From assembly GCA_011109175.1 (NCBI GenBank), contig RDEW01000027.1, positions 515,399-579,398 on the forward strand: DNA of 64,000 nucleotides, written 5' to 3'. Numbering within the stretch: the stretch's first letter is position 1; the number at the start of each line of letters is the position of its first letter. Both the position numbers and the translations under genes were made by a program. This document shows, in pieces, positions 11,582 to 24,180 of this stretch. Source of the stretch: Dicyema japonicum. Lineage: Eukaryota > Animalia > Dicyemida. The notes beneath the pieces were generated by a model that had not been told where the DNA came from, did no database searches, and saw only the letters and a program-made list of their open reading frames with translations.

Positions 11582-13880
11582 TTAGACAATATAGATGGGA
11601 CCAACACAGTCCTTACAAAGTCGTTCAACTGGTATATTATCATCTGATGTCTTCACAACATCGACCAGTCTCTCAACAACCTCACTAGTCTCACACCACC
11701 TGTCATTTCTAATATTAGCATGTCCACCAACCAATAATAGAATTAGCAGTCTCGCCATTTACATCTTCCTTGTTGATTAACGACCCAACAAGTGATCTCA
11801 CTTCCAAGAGCTTATCCCTATATGAGTCACACGTGTTTGTTAATCGTTTTATAACCTCATCCTTAGCAATGACCTTGTGATTCAAAATATGTCTCTGCTC
11901 TCTATACAAGATAACATAATTCCCTACAATAACACACAAACAGTACGATTGCCTTATTCTGAGCCTCCAACTCTTCCACAACCTTCCACAGTCTCTTGTT
12001 CTCCAAATAATACTTTTCACTATTATCCTACAATTAAATAAGTTATAACCCCCTCGTCGGTGGGCATTTTCTACAATATTAACAAAAATGACCTGATTCA
12101 GTTTGTCTACCAATGAAGCATTGTAAATGGAATTATTCTCCAACTCGACAGTCAAGTCTCGACTCTTCTTCCTTAACTCCTCAATTTCTTCACTCAATTT
12201 GATGACATCCTCGTTCTTTCCATTCAACGTGGCCTCACAAACACTTCTCAGTTCAGAGTTCTCTACTTTCAGCATACCAATCTCCTCAGTCTACATTAAT
12301 ACAGACCACAGATCATACCATCCTCACTTCCATTTCCTTATATTCAGATACCAACGAATTCAATTCAGAGATCTCCGCTTTGTAGTCCTTCATAACCTCA
12401 CTTTGAGTCTCATTTAATAGTATATCACGTGTCTCAATCAACTGGGTGTTCAATTTAGTGATATCTTCATTCTCTTTGACCAATTTAGTAATATCTTCAG
12501 TCAATTGGTGATTACTTTTCATAACTGCGGTTTTCTCCTCAAATAATGACTCCACGTTTTTTGCTGAGCTGAGCATTAATCTGAGTGAGTTCATCATTAG
12601 TTCTCATAACACGTGCATTCATTTCAGCAAACTGTTCGTTAGTCCTTATCATGTCTTGGTCAGATTTCGTCAGATTCGTATTATTTTGTATTAACGATTG
12701 AATTTGGGCAACATTGTCCTCATTTTCCTTTAGCAAGGTGTCGATAAAGCCACTCAAATTAGCAGTCTTGACTTCCAACTCACTCTTCCTCTTACCACAT
12801 TCAGTCAACTCTGTTACATTGTTATTATATTTATCCACCAACTCATCTACACATAATCCACTCAATACTACCAAATTCGGCAGATTTGTGTTCGAATGCT
12901 GACCTTAGTGATGAAAACTCTAAATTAAAGGAACTCCTCTCCATATTGAGTGTATTCTCAAGCTATCTCAATAAAATAGAAATAAACCTCATTAATTCTG
13001 TCACCACGTGCTAAATGGTCACTCTTTAGTGAATCATACTGAATCTGCACCAATTTTAGTTCATCCTCCAATAACTGCTCAGTCTTGGCCAAAGATGCAG
13101 AATTTATAAAGTTGTTGACTTGTCCTCTCAATGTGGTCAGCTCAGACTCGCATTGGACAACCATGAGTGATTTCTGTTGTAGGAGTGACCTGTAATTTTC
13201 CAACTCTTTCTCATTTGAGTGTAATTTATCGTTCACAGCCTTTAATTGTGCTTGATGGCCTAGTAATTCTTGCTTATATTGACTTATAATCTGATTAACA
13301 AAAATAGTACATTTTTGTTGTTTTCGTTCTCCATGCTCAGTCGTTTGTTAGTTTCTGTCAACGTGAAAATGTTCTGCTCTGCCGTCTTTGTCCTCACATT
13401 GTCGGATTGGAGTTGAGCTGGGAATAACACGTAAAACTGACATTCAACAACCTCAAGACGACACTCAGCCAATGCAAGCTTAGTCATTAACTCAGTCTTT
13501 TCAGCCACCAAATCCCCAAAGGCACGAATGTAGTTCTGAATTTAACAAATATGTTACATCATCAGTCGTATTTGATGGGGGATTATACGGTTGGGGTTTG
13601 TCCTCCGCTACAAGCCTAGCATTAACTTCCATAAGCTCGGAAATTTGGTTTTTCTAATATTATATGATAAGTACTGCTTTTATGAGTTGATTGTACAAGT
13701 CATCGTTCCTCAAGGCATATTGTCCTGTGACAGAGGCGGAGTCACTATTAGCGTCCGTTTGGCGAGATGGCGGCTCCTCGTGCTTTGATAACTTTTTCTT
13801 GTTTTGAAATTCTTTCAACTTTAATAATATATAATAGATACCCTCTCTTTTGCAAACAATAACTTTTCTTCCCTTGACAT
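11582..13880 (-). CDS. GOLGA2: Golgin subfamily A member 2 (GM130)-like coiled-coil protein
   Basis: Spliced N-terminus MSREEKLLFAKERLKEFQNKKK; NYIRAFGDLVAEKTEL (cf. HIQTIGILVSEKAEL); AIGNYVILYREQRHIL (cf. TIGEYIALYQSQR); C-terminus CKDCVGPIYIV*; many 21-23 nt introns (e.g. 13819-13841); needs two 1-nt homopolymer corrections (about 11923 and 11707). Confidence 0.8.
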
Positions 13881-13956
13881 AACAAGTATGATGACAATAC
13901 TTGTATTTTTAATTATTAATTAATTAATTTATTTTTATATTTAATAAAATATAATT

Positions 13957-14430
13957 ATGAATTTAACTGGTCACATTGTGAGGATTAATCTACTCAACGA
14001 CAGCCAAGTACAAGGGTGTGTGTACACAGTTGATCCTGAGAGCAATACATATGTTATAGTTAGTAAACAAAATATTACATACGTTTGGTCACGTGCTATT
14101 AAGTCAATGGAAGACCTTGGAGAGGGGGACTTTAATATGGAGGATTATTTCAATAGGAGTGGTGCTGTCTCTGAAGCGTTAAAGAATAAAAGAAAGAGAA
14201 ATAATATTAATAATGCACAAGAACATGTTTCCTGTAGTGGAGGAGGGTGATGTACTCTTAGTGGCTAATGTTTGTAAATAAATCCCCCTTATGACGTTGC
14301 TAATTGCAGCTCTACCAATGAAATTGTTCTGCGCAAGATTCAAAACTTAATTTCCAGTTGTTTTATATATTTTTTGATTGTACAAAATAATGATTTGCAT
14401 GTGTGTGGGCGTCTCCAGCCGAGTGATTAG
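13957..14430 (+). CDS. GEMIN6: Gem-associated protein 6 (Sm-like fold plus AD domain); 3' end uncertain
   Basis: GCVYTVDPES (cf. GWVLTTDPVS) and HKNMFPVVEEG..VANVCKINPPYDVANCSSTNEIVLRKIQNLI (cf. EKNHIPITEQG..IDPPYGPENCSSSNEIILSRVQDLI); two 1-nt indels (about 14195 and 14277) needed. Confidence 0.8.
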
Positions 14431-14879
14431 TTTGTTGGGTGTTTGAGAAGGTGACGTGCCTCTATTGTACGAAGTGTCTTCATTGGATTGTACGAAGTGT
14501 CCCTTGTTAGTGGATGAATTTTAGGGTCGGGAGACATTGAATACACGAAGTTACGAGTAAGCATCGGGTACACTATCAAATCTCATATGGCACAAAACTC
14601 GAAAAATCCACAATTCTACCCTGAGGAGGAACTACAGAATTATAAATTAGATTATTAATTCTCGAATGTTCTAGAATCTTGCTTATTTCGAATACACAGG
14701 AGGGTGGGTTAATAGTCAATGCATATAAGGATGACAAATAAGGTAAATATATTAATCGTACTCTTTCTATAACGAACTCTATTAGTCCCATGTTGAATCC
14801 ATCCATACAATTCTCATTATTAAAGCACAGTCCGATAATAATCATTCCTTGGTAAAATGTGTATGGAAATTTTTCCGTG

Positions 14880-15300
14880 GACACAGAAAGTCGGTTTGAA
14901 ATCAGCCAAGCCCCAGGTCGTTACTGAAGTTCTGATTTGCCATATCTACATATTTGTTTCTGCTTATGTTAGAAGCAGTGAGTCCAGACCTCCAAGGCAG
15001 GGTAAATTGTTTAAGAATAAGTTAAAAAGTGCCGGAAATAGGGGCGATTCCTGAGTACACCATTCGAGAGGAGACGGGATCTCGATCTTGAATTACCTAT
15101 ATACACGTCTCTTTCGTCCGGTAAGAAATTGGCTATCCATCGTTTTAAGGTCGGATGAATGGAGGTGTTGAAGACTTTTTCGTTAGTAGGATTCTCGGGA
15201 CTGAATCATGTACATCAAACAATACTAATATTGCCCGTATATGCGTTTTGGCCCGTAGAAGACTTCCGAGATTGTGTTATTGTATAATATTCTGATCTGA
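14880..15300 (-). pseudogene. Degenerate non-LTR reverse transcriptase (I/Jockey group)
   Basis: Reverse strand reads RWIANFLTGRKRRVYIGNSRSRSRLLSNGV..ALFNLFLNNLP, with stops and frameshifts. Confidence 0.65.
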
Positions 15301-15622
15301 ATCCGTGTTGGTAGTGGAAAGGGCAAATGAGGTTTAATTTCCAAATTACAATTTTCCATGAGGTGCGATAGCGCACAGGTTAAGGATATCGGGTGGTAAG
15401 ATGAAGGTGAGACTTTCGGTTTCCTGGTTTTAGATAGTATGATACGTGAGTTCTTCCATCTACTGGGATAGCGTTCGTGTTTTTAGGACAAGTAAAAATT
15501 GAAGTGATCGAAGATGTTTTAGCAGATTCCAAGAATTCCATCTGGTCAGACGTATATGAGTTCTTTATGATCTTAGCTCTGTGTAACCTCGTCATGCGTA
15601 AAAATCGTTCCATGAAGATTGT

Positions 15623-16056
15623 TTATTATTATTATTAAAAAAGCACTCCCGAGAAAACATAAAATTAGTTAAGTTTCCCTTGTGCCGTATTCCAATCATT
15701 CTCTCCGTCAGCCTCGACCATGATCCTCTGTTGCGCGCTAGTTCTCTTAGGTAGTCTAGGTCGTCCGCCATTTCCATTATAATGTTAGATGCTGTCCACA
15801 CTCTTGTAACACAGTGAATCAGGTCCTGATGGATTGCAAATTCGAGACCATAATGTCGGCAGGCCGATGAGAGGTTAAAAAGGTGGAATTTTCTAAACAG
15901 TTCTGTAAATTGTAGGGTCGTTATTGTCTCTTGTAGACAGCAGACAGAGAAGTCGTATTTTGTTAGTCGGTGTTTCTTGTAAGGTTGTTTAAGTCCTCTG
16001 CAATTAAAAGATCCCAGAGTGAACCGAGGAGTCGGTAAGGAATACGAATAGGACAT
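15623..16056 (-). mobile_element. Bipartite non-autonomous RTE derivative, copy 2
   Basis: ORF 15592-16056 fuses the APE N-terminus to the RTE C-terminus; same junction gcatctaa(t/c)attataatggaaatggcggacgacc and (taa)n tail as 5446-5890. Confidence 0.85.
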
Positions 16057-16524
16057 AGTGCAATAAAGGCGCCGTCACCACCTCAACTAATAATGAAGAT
16101 TGTTTAGATACCAAATTACGTAGGCGACAGAAGTGAGTATTCGAAAAGTCCTTGTGTTAGCTTCCTTAATATTTGGAGCGGAATGAGATTAGGATTAACT
16201 GGATATGTTTAAGTTGATTCGACGGATTGTATTCAAAGTACTCTCTTTGATTTCGTCTCCAATAGATGATAATACTCGGTTCAAGACTTTTCGTTCTTTG
16301 TTTTGATGGGGGTTGTGATTCTGATTCAAACATTTTATTTTCTTCAGGTCAGATAATGTAAGAAATTGGTTCATTTTCAGAGCGTTCCTTTACTTTATAA
16401 TGGAACCAGTTTCGTATTCGAATGTAGTGTTGTAGCATCTATACACTGCTCTGGGGACAAACAACTTTTCTGCTTGGAGGATCTGATGACAGTGAATCTA
16501 GGAAATAATTGGATTACACTCCTT

Positions 16525-16670
16525 GATAAAAATAGAAGAGGGCGGACCTACTTCACATCTCTTCTGAAGCGGAAGCCTGTAACGGATTATTGGAGAATGG
16601 ATTTGGTAATTAGTTAGACTTTGTGTTGGGCTTACCTAAGATTGTATGTCTTGGGTTAATAAATAAGCCA
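16525..16670 (+). repeat. Dispersed repeat family R4
   Basis: aaaat.gaagagggcg.acctacttc.c and tttgtg.tgggctt blocks shared with 44905-45045. Confidence 0.45.
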
Positions 16671-17137
16671 GTGACCATTAGGAACCTTGCTGTTACTCAA
16701 TGGTTTCCCAACCAAATCACCATAATAAAATCGAACGACACTGTGGTTTACTTTTATGTGGCTTCGTATACAAACCACTATGAAAGGAACCATGAAAGGA
16801 CCCAGTGTTGGAACTCCCGATGGCGATATACAGCGGGCACAAAGTTATCGCTTCTAAATGATTCTCCAAATAAATTAGTTAATTAGTTACCCCGACCTGT
16901 ACGAGGCCGACTGCCATCAAGCGTCCAACTGAGAGTGCTAGGCACTCCCATAGATATCCTAGATTCATTAGAGGTCCTTGTTCTGGAAAAGATTTATCGA
17001 TACTATGGTTGTCAGATGAAGGGAGCCAAAATAGATTAACCGCCGATTGAATAAAATTCGTATTTCCAATTAATAATAAATGCGTAATAATCAATATATA
17101 AATATTATTAAATTCAGTATATCTAGTTTATTATATT

Positions 17138-17299
17138 ATGGACAATTTCAAATTGAAAATTCCCACTAAACCGTATTTTTCAAAAAAGAACATTCTTATT
17201 GTTTTTTGCGTATTTGGAACATCAGTGTATTCTGGACTGTTTTTTGGAAAAAAATTCTCAGCCTTTTTAGAAGAATATGAAATATGGACACCAAGTTAA
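17138..17299 (+). CDS. SMDT1: Probable essential MCU regulator (EMRE/SMDT1), 53 aa, lacking the acidic tail
   Basis: MDNFKLKIPTKPYFSKKNILIVFCVFGTSVYSGLFFGKKFSAFLEEYEIWTPS*; P.KP motif, one hydrophobic helix, then KKFSAFLEEYEIW.P (cf. KNFAALLEEHDIFVP); below the ORF-track length cutoff. Confidence 0.6.
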   Translation: MDNFKLKIPTKPYFSKKNILIVFCVFGTSVYSGLFFGKKFSAFLEEYEIWTPS

Positions 17300-17919
17300 G
17301 CCTTGAGTGGATCTAATGATTTTAATATTATTAATAAATATGTGTTCCCTAGTAAATCATAATCTAATTATCGCTGGAAATCACGATCCTCCATTTAGAA
17401 GGTCAACTCATCCTTATCCCCTCTCAACATTCGAGTGACTTTTTTCTCTTTTCTTATGGGATCTCCTCGGATCTACCCATGAGAATTCTTAAAGTTGGTT
17501 CCACTTGTCATTGATACCGGAATTCAATAATCATGTTTAACCGTTTTCGAAAGGTTTTCATCGATACGACTGATCGAGAGTTCTCGTCGCTTCCTCTAAA
17601 GATAACTTATGTTATGCTTGAACCGATGGAGACAACTCATCCCAGATTTTCTTCCAAAAACTAAGCAATTAAATTGGATTATGTACTTATAATTATAACG
17701 GACATAATAATGTTGAGAATTATACACTGAGGCTATTATAATTTAGAATAAATATTTCCCAGTAAAACAATCAATTTGGAAAAACTGCATTTATGAGGTA
17801 GTGATAAATTTCAAATAACCGTAATCAGCTGTACCCACCAAGTTCATCAATTAGCATCCAACGTGTTTCCATAATACTCGTGTGGTAATCATTAATCCAT
17901 TATAATAATGGAAATTTAT

Positions 17920-18240
17920 AATTGGTGGAAAGTGTAACGAGTTCCGGACAAAAGGCCTGATGGCCCCTAGTTCGAATCTCGTTGCTGTACATTCCGGCTT
18001 AAGTTCAACGCTTCTACGATGCTTTGGCTTTACTAGTAAATCCGTCATCAGTAAACATCACACTGCGGAACCGGATCGTCTAGGAGTCAGATCTAACAAA
18101 AGGAAAAAAATGAAGAGCATTCCTTTTTTTTCCTCATCGATTAGTTATGATAACTGTTCTTTACTTAAATAAAGTGTGTGTCCTGCCTCGGAGGAGCTAT
18201 AGCTAACATGGCTCTTCGTAAAGTGCAGTATTATTATGTT
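17920..18240 (+). mobile_element. tRNA-headed SINE family S1, variant head
   Basis: A-box-like tggtggaaagtg and B-box agttcgaatct; S1 body; tail ggctcttcgtaaagtgcagtattattatg. Confidence 0.75.
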
Positions 18241-19144
18241 AATCAATGACTCATCATCAAAGTGGTAAATGGCCTACTTGCTTTGTTTTTTGAAAATTCA
18301 ACAGCTTGGATCAATCAACGTTCACTTCTCAAGAACTTAAAACTCGATTATCAAGGCTGGTACCAAACAACTCTATTCCCCCACCTGTTCGGTCTAGGCA
18401 ACTATTCTCCCGCAAATCTAGGACCCCCTGTTTTCTTTGAACTTCAATCAACAGTTAGTCAAGGTTCTCTTCACCTCTCTACCAAATAATCAGCAAACAA
18501 TTAGAAAAACTTATACAGTAGCAGAAAGACTTATGCAAATCCCGTCAAGATAAATTTTAGAAACTACTAAAAAGTTCTAATTAACACCGGTGCGGTTGAT
18601 TGGTAGCCGGGAGATCCGAGTAGAACGGATAAATTGATGCCTTCCAGATCGGAAGTATTGGGAGACCTGACAATTAGATATACCGCATATTGACTGGAAT
18701 TGAAAACTACATCATTGCTGATGTGGTGGAACCGTCGATACCTACGGACACCATGCTCTTTTTGTCGAAGAGCGACTGGAAGATTCTCAGCACTTACTTT
18801 AATAAATTTTCCTACAGCTGGAATTATAATTTTTCCGTTCGAAAAAAAAAGTTACTAGTACTGGATGCTACATATGTCAACTCCTCATCTTCGGAATCCA
18901 GTGTATACACTGTCCGCTGCATAAATAGCGTAAGAAATATCTGGGCCTCTCGGTTGGTTCACGTTCCAAATGGCTACTGTGGAAATAACTGGGTTGTCGT
19001 TCCTCAGAAATGAGACGTCTGGCCGCACTTAGAAGTCAAAACGTTCGTGAAACCCAGTGTTAGTTACAGTTAATCTCAACAGCTATCATAAGAAACAACT
19101 CCTCTTTCACTAAGTCGGGGGGAATAAATAGTAAAAACATTTGT

Positions 19145-19362
19145 ACTATTAGTCATACTGCACCTTTGCTTATAAGCAGAGCCATAATAGCAATAGATCG
19201 AACTGCAGGACACACACTTTATTTAAGTAAATAACAGTTATTATAACTAATAGTAGAGGGATAACCTAGGATCGCTCTTCACTTCTTTTTTGTTCCTCAG
19301 TGAAATGCTTACTGATGACGGCGTACTCGTCAAGCCAAAGCATCGTAGATGCCTGGAGCCTT
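19145..19362 (-). mobile_element. SINE S1, 5'-truncated
   Basis: Reverse complement contains gcatctacgatgc, gacgagtacgccgtcatcagt and ataactgttatttacttaaataaagtgtgtgtcctgc. Confidence 0.7.
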
Positions 19363-19609
19363 CAACTGAAATTCTAAAAAGTTCTCAACGAGAGTCGAAG
19401 CTTTTGATTAGAAAAAAATGAGACCTTGGTAGACTGTTCATCTTCAAATCCGAGACATCAGGGATTATTGGATCCAATAACTATCCTTCTCGTATATCAT
19501 CTGATGATTGATAGTAAAAAGGACAGCCGAATGACTAATTGAGGAAAACTCTTACAAATCGTAAGAGGAAATGGGCTCAATCACGAGAGTTGCAAATGCT
19601 AATAGGAGT

Positions 19610-19740
19610 TTTTGTTAATTGGCTCAATGATCCAAATGGTCGCAAAGAACCACGTGAGACTGAATGGCTTTGAAAGCGTATTTCAATAGCTATTATCAAA
19701 GGGGACAGGATGACCGTTCAAGCTCCCTATATTAAGTGAT
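19610..19740 (+). mobile_element. Degenerate CRE-like 3' fragment
   Basis: GSMI......RETEWL*KRISIAIIKG, matching the C-termini of other copies. Confidence 0.5.
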
Positions 19741-20105
19741 CTTTTAACTGTTTAATCTAAAATTAATTGGTTTTTATTAATAATAATCAATGGAATGTGG
19801 ACAAATAAATGTAGGGAATATCAACACATTCCCAAACCATATTGCAGTAGATAGGGGGTCCAATTGTATTATAATTGAACTGTTTTTGACTGCATGAATA
19901 AATTAACTTAAGATAAAACGTAAAGCAAAACAAGAACACACAGCAAAATAAAAACACATGCGTGTTATAAAATTTAATGAAATTGTGGTTAGCCATAAAG
20001 AATTAATTTTTTTAATAAAAAGAAATTATTGTAATTGTTAATTTTAAATTATTACTTTTGACTTTTTTAGAAAAATATTATTTATTTGAGTAAAAACAAA
20101 TCAGA

Positions 20106-22527
20106 GACAATTTGCACGGCATTCAACCTACTCATATGCAACACTTGTTTCAAGCACCCGGCAAGACACAGGACCACGTGGGTTGGTACCAGAAAAGGCA
20201 AATCTGGAAACACAGTCAATATATACAATCAGATCGACTATATTATCTGCAAGCAACATCAGAAGGCCCTCCTACAGGACTCGAGATCTTACGGTGGACT
20301 TGAAACAAGTAGCGATCATAAACTTGTGGTCGCCCGGCTAGTACTTAAAAGAATCCATGGAATACACGGGAAACACAAAGGCCTTACCTCAGTACGTTTC
20401 GACACTGAGAGGTTACGCTACGAAGAATCCACCAAATGTCGTTATAGTGCAGTTCTGAGAGATAGCATCAACAGTATTAACCAAAATCAGCCGACAAACA
20501 GCTTATGGGATGAAATAGTGGTTGCTATCCAAAACACAGCCTTTAGTGTGCTTGGTCACATCACCAAATCTCGTCACAAACAATGTAATCCGGATATCGG
20601 ACAACTCTCTGTAACACAGAAAGAGCTCAGACTCCGGATGGAAAACACAAACGCTCCGGAAGATATCAAAGTACTGCGCACCCAGAGAGGGAGAGTCTTA
20701 ACGAAGATCAAACAAATACAAAGATTCCTTGCCAAAAATGAAGCTGAGGAGAAAATCTCAGACATATTAAAGTACAAGAACGGACCAAGAATGTTCAAAG
20801 CAATCCGGCTTCTTAGCAGAGAAAACTGTCCAATTTCGTTAACTGTCCATGACAACCTTGGTCACGACGTTATCGGGACCATTAACAAAGCAAACGTTCT
20901 GGCATCCCATTTTGACCTTATGTTCAACAAACAGGACGCGGCTGACCAAGCAATGAAATCTCGGAAGTCTTACAAGTACACTCTAACTAGCCCTATTACC
21001 ATATCCGAAACTCAACAAGCTATTAAAAAATTAAATACCGGAAGATCTGCCGGACCAGACTTCATTACTGCAGAACTTTTACAATACGGCCCGGAGGAGC
21101 TAATTGAAATGATTACTAACATTTTCAACCGGTCTCTCGAGGGTGCAGATGAACTGGAACTGGGAAAAGGGTGGCTAATTCCACTACAAAAACCGGGAAA
21201 AAGTAAAGGCCCCCCTCACAACTTCAGACCTATTATACTCCTAACCTCCATACGAAAAACATTATCCCTCATTGCTTTAAACCGAATAAAGGAGAGGGTG
21301 AACATATTTCTTTCGGACGGCCAAAGTGGATTCCGGACGGGCAGGTCCACGGCTGACGTGGTATGGGGGCACAGGTGGTATTGTGCCCTGTGCCAAAAAT
21401 ACAAAAAATCTATTGAGATACTTGGTATCGACATGTCCCGTGCGTTCGACTCGGTGGACCGTGGAAAACTTATGGAAGTGTTGGAGAGTTTTCTACTGCC
21501 TGACGATGTCAAAATAATACACTTACTCATGCGGAACACTCAACTTGCCGTCAAAATTGGTGACTCTACCTCTAACTTTTTTTCGACCTCACGTGGAGTT
21601 CCACAGGGGGACTCACTATCCCCGGTCCTCTTTATTGTCTACCTTGAGGCCGCACTAAGAGAGTTCAGACCCCTGGTTGGCAACAATTATAACGAGATAA
21701 TCTACGCGGACGACCTGGACTTTGTTTCTGAGGATATTCAAGTACTTCAACACATGCTTAACGTTCTTCCACACGTATTCTCGAAATGGTTCTTAACCGT
21801 TAACACCGATAAAACAGAGTTCACAACACTTACACGCAATGATCGAAGATCGGACGAGTCTTGGAGAAAGCAAAAGAAGGTGGGTTCGCTTCTCGGGGAC
21901 TCAGAAGATGTTTCTCGGAGGAAAATCCTCGCAATGTGTGCACTAAAGAAAGTATCGAATATGTGGGGTCATAAGAAGAGGATGGGATTAAACACCAAAC
22001 TCAGAATATATAAGGCTTTTGTCATCCCCGTCCTGACCTACAATTCAGGCACTTGGGGAATCTCTAAACAAGAGATGGACCGTCTTGACGCTTTCCACAG
22101 GACACAATTGAAATCAGTAATCAAGATCAAGTGGCCTAAGAAGATCTCAAACAATGACCTCTACTCGAAGTGCAAATCTGGTATACTATCCGAGGAGATC
22201 TTCAGATCAAGATGGAGTCTCTTTGGACATATCTTACGTCTAAATGCTCAAGTACCCGCGAATATCGCCATGGAAAACTACCTAATGCATACGGGAGCCG
22301 GTTTCCGTGGAAGACCAAGAGTCACACTCCCAACTATTTTGAATGGAGACCTGTCGGCTGTGGGACTGAAGCTCACTTCCGCAGACGACCTAGATACCTT
22401 AAGGGAACTGGCACGAAGTAGAGGGTCCTGGAAAAGGCTGATAGAGAGGATGGCTAGAAATACGGCACAAGGGAGGCTTGATTAATTTTATGACTTCTCG
22501 GGAGTGCTTTAAATAAATAATAATAAT
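20106..22527 (+). mobile_element. Young 5'-truncated RTE-clade LINE: C-terminal half of APE plus complete RT, open frame to 22485, 11-bp TSD
   Basis: NQIDYII..SDHKLV (APE); GVPQGDSLSP and YADD (RT); RWSLFGHILR..GRPR; no CCHC; short 3' UTR plus (taa)n; AACAAATCAGA at 20095-20105 and 22528-22538. Confidence 0.95.
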
Positions 22528-23209
22528 AACAAATCAGATAACAGTCGCCAAGAGACAGGGAATTTTTCCATACGATTGGGATCCCGAGGCGTTCATGAAA
22601 TTAGCGACGCTGCCGAGGATCTCCGAGCCTTGTCGTGATTGTGGTTCCATTCTCTCGGAGAATATTTCTTGTGACTCTAACAACCACAATCCTCCATGCA
22701 TGCAGAATATAGAAAGTGGGTGTTGGTTGAGGTTCTTTCTAAGCTCCAGAGAATTTGGGGTGACTGCTATTTTGTCTAAAAATTTCTGAGAAAAATCGTC
22801 CGTTGGGAGGCAATATACCAATCTTTTCAATTCTTCCCGGGCATCAGAGAAAACCTATTCGGAAAAAAGATCTCGAAGTTTTGAGTAAAATTTCTATAGA
22901 ATGTCCAAATGCCTGAAGAGTGGCGAATATCTCAGAACGAAAAGTAACTTTTTTGGCTAAATGGTTTAAAAAATTATCAAAAGAATCTAAAAGAGCGACA
23001 GTTAAAGTTAGTATCACTACACGTGGGTCGTTTAAAGGGGCGCATTGGGACGCTTTTGAAAACATTTCGAAAGTGGTTTTCGACACAGTGGACCACGTCG
23101 TGAAAGGTTTATTCATAGCTAAACCCTCAATGCGCTTCTTAAACAACCCACGTGTAGACCCTCTATTGCTGATAACTTTAGAGGTATTAGGGCCTGGAAA
23201 AGCTTAGAC

Positions 23210-24180
23210 GGGTCGTGCATGACTCGATCCTCCTGGCTTTCCGGGTAAATATGAGAATACATGGCACGCCTGCATTCTACACAGAAGCGGAGATCCCTCA
23301 CAGCCAGCGGTACAACAGGTTGTGCCTGCCTCGTGGAGGGTACAACTAGAGACTTGGCTCAGCCTCAACAAACAAAGATTGAGATCGAGAGCAGGGCTGA
23401 TCTCAACACACAGCCAGCACAAGAGGCTGTGCCTGCCTTCCTGAAAGTGAATCTGGAATCTGGGGCTCAACCCACCGAATGGAAACTGAGGACGTCATCC
23501 CAACAACTGTACGTTGGACTACAGTAGGGAGAAAAAAGAAATCTGCGGTTTCCACAAAACCTCAGAACGTGCCAGATTCGGGTCCGGTCTACTTTACTAC
23601 AAACTTGCCATTTAAGAGAAGGGAGTTTTCTTTCCATGAACGCCTCCAGGTTATCCCAATCCAGAGCCCAAATCATAGCCAATTGAGACCTGAGTTCGAA
23701 CAGCTCGTAAAGCACGGTAAAAAGGGCCGGTGATCAATTCAGATGTCTCTAAGTAGTCAAGGTAATGACAACATACCAAGTAAAGATGGATAGGCTACGG
23801 CCATTCCATGGTAGTCCTTTTCTCCCCTCGTATCATTATAGTTGGAGTCCGTCGACATCGAGAGCCCAAGTTCACTGGCAAAGTCCCGAAGTGCCAATCC
23901 ACCTTTATTTTTAGCAAAACAGCCAAAATCTGAATTCTTTGCATTCAGATCGCCAAAAATAACTCAATGGGGGGTGTATGTCAAAGACAGTGTTAATCTG
24001 ATCCTAGCACAACCACAACTGCTTGCCATACATTGCCCTAATAACGACAGCAAAACATGGGAGCCTAACGCGTAATAATATAAGCTCGCAATGAGGGCAC
24101 GGGAAAATGGACGACTGCTGCGAGACTCGTCTCTAATAGATACTAGTGCACTAACCTCGATGTGTATCATTCCACAAGAG
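23210..24180 (+). pseudogene. Possible degenerate gag-protease region of an LTR retrotransposon
   Basis: Fragmented low-complexity ORFs ending in SLIDTSA (about 24127-24150), resembling the retroviral protease D(T/S)GA motif. Confidence 0.3.

Noticed and set aside
14274-14282. Euplotes-type AAA-TAA programmed frameshift in Gemin6
   Set aside because: The required shift is -1 rather than the usual +1, and the other frameshift sites lack this motif; a homopolymer error explains all sites more simply.
21216-21539. Duplicated antisense and alternate-frame ORFs (also 52425-52757, 22170-22421, 53388-53639)
   Set aside because: Shadow frames of the duplicated RTE sequence.
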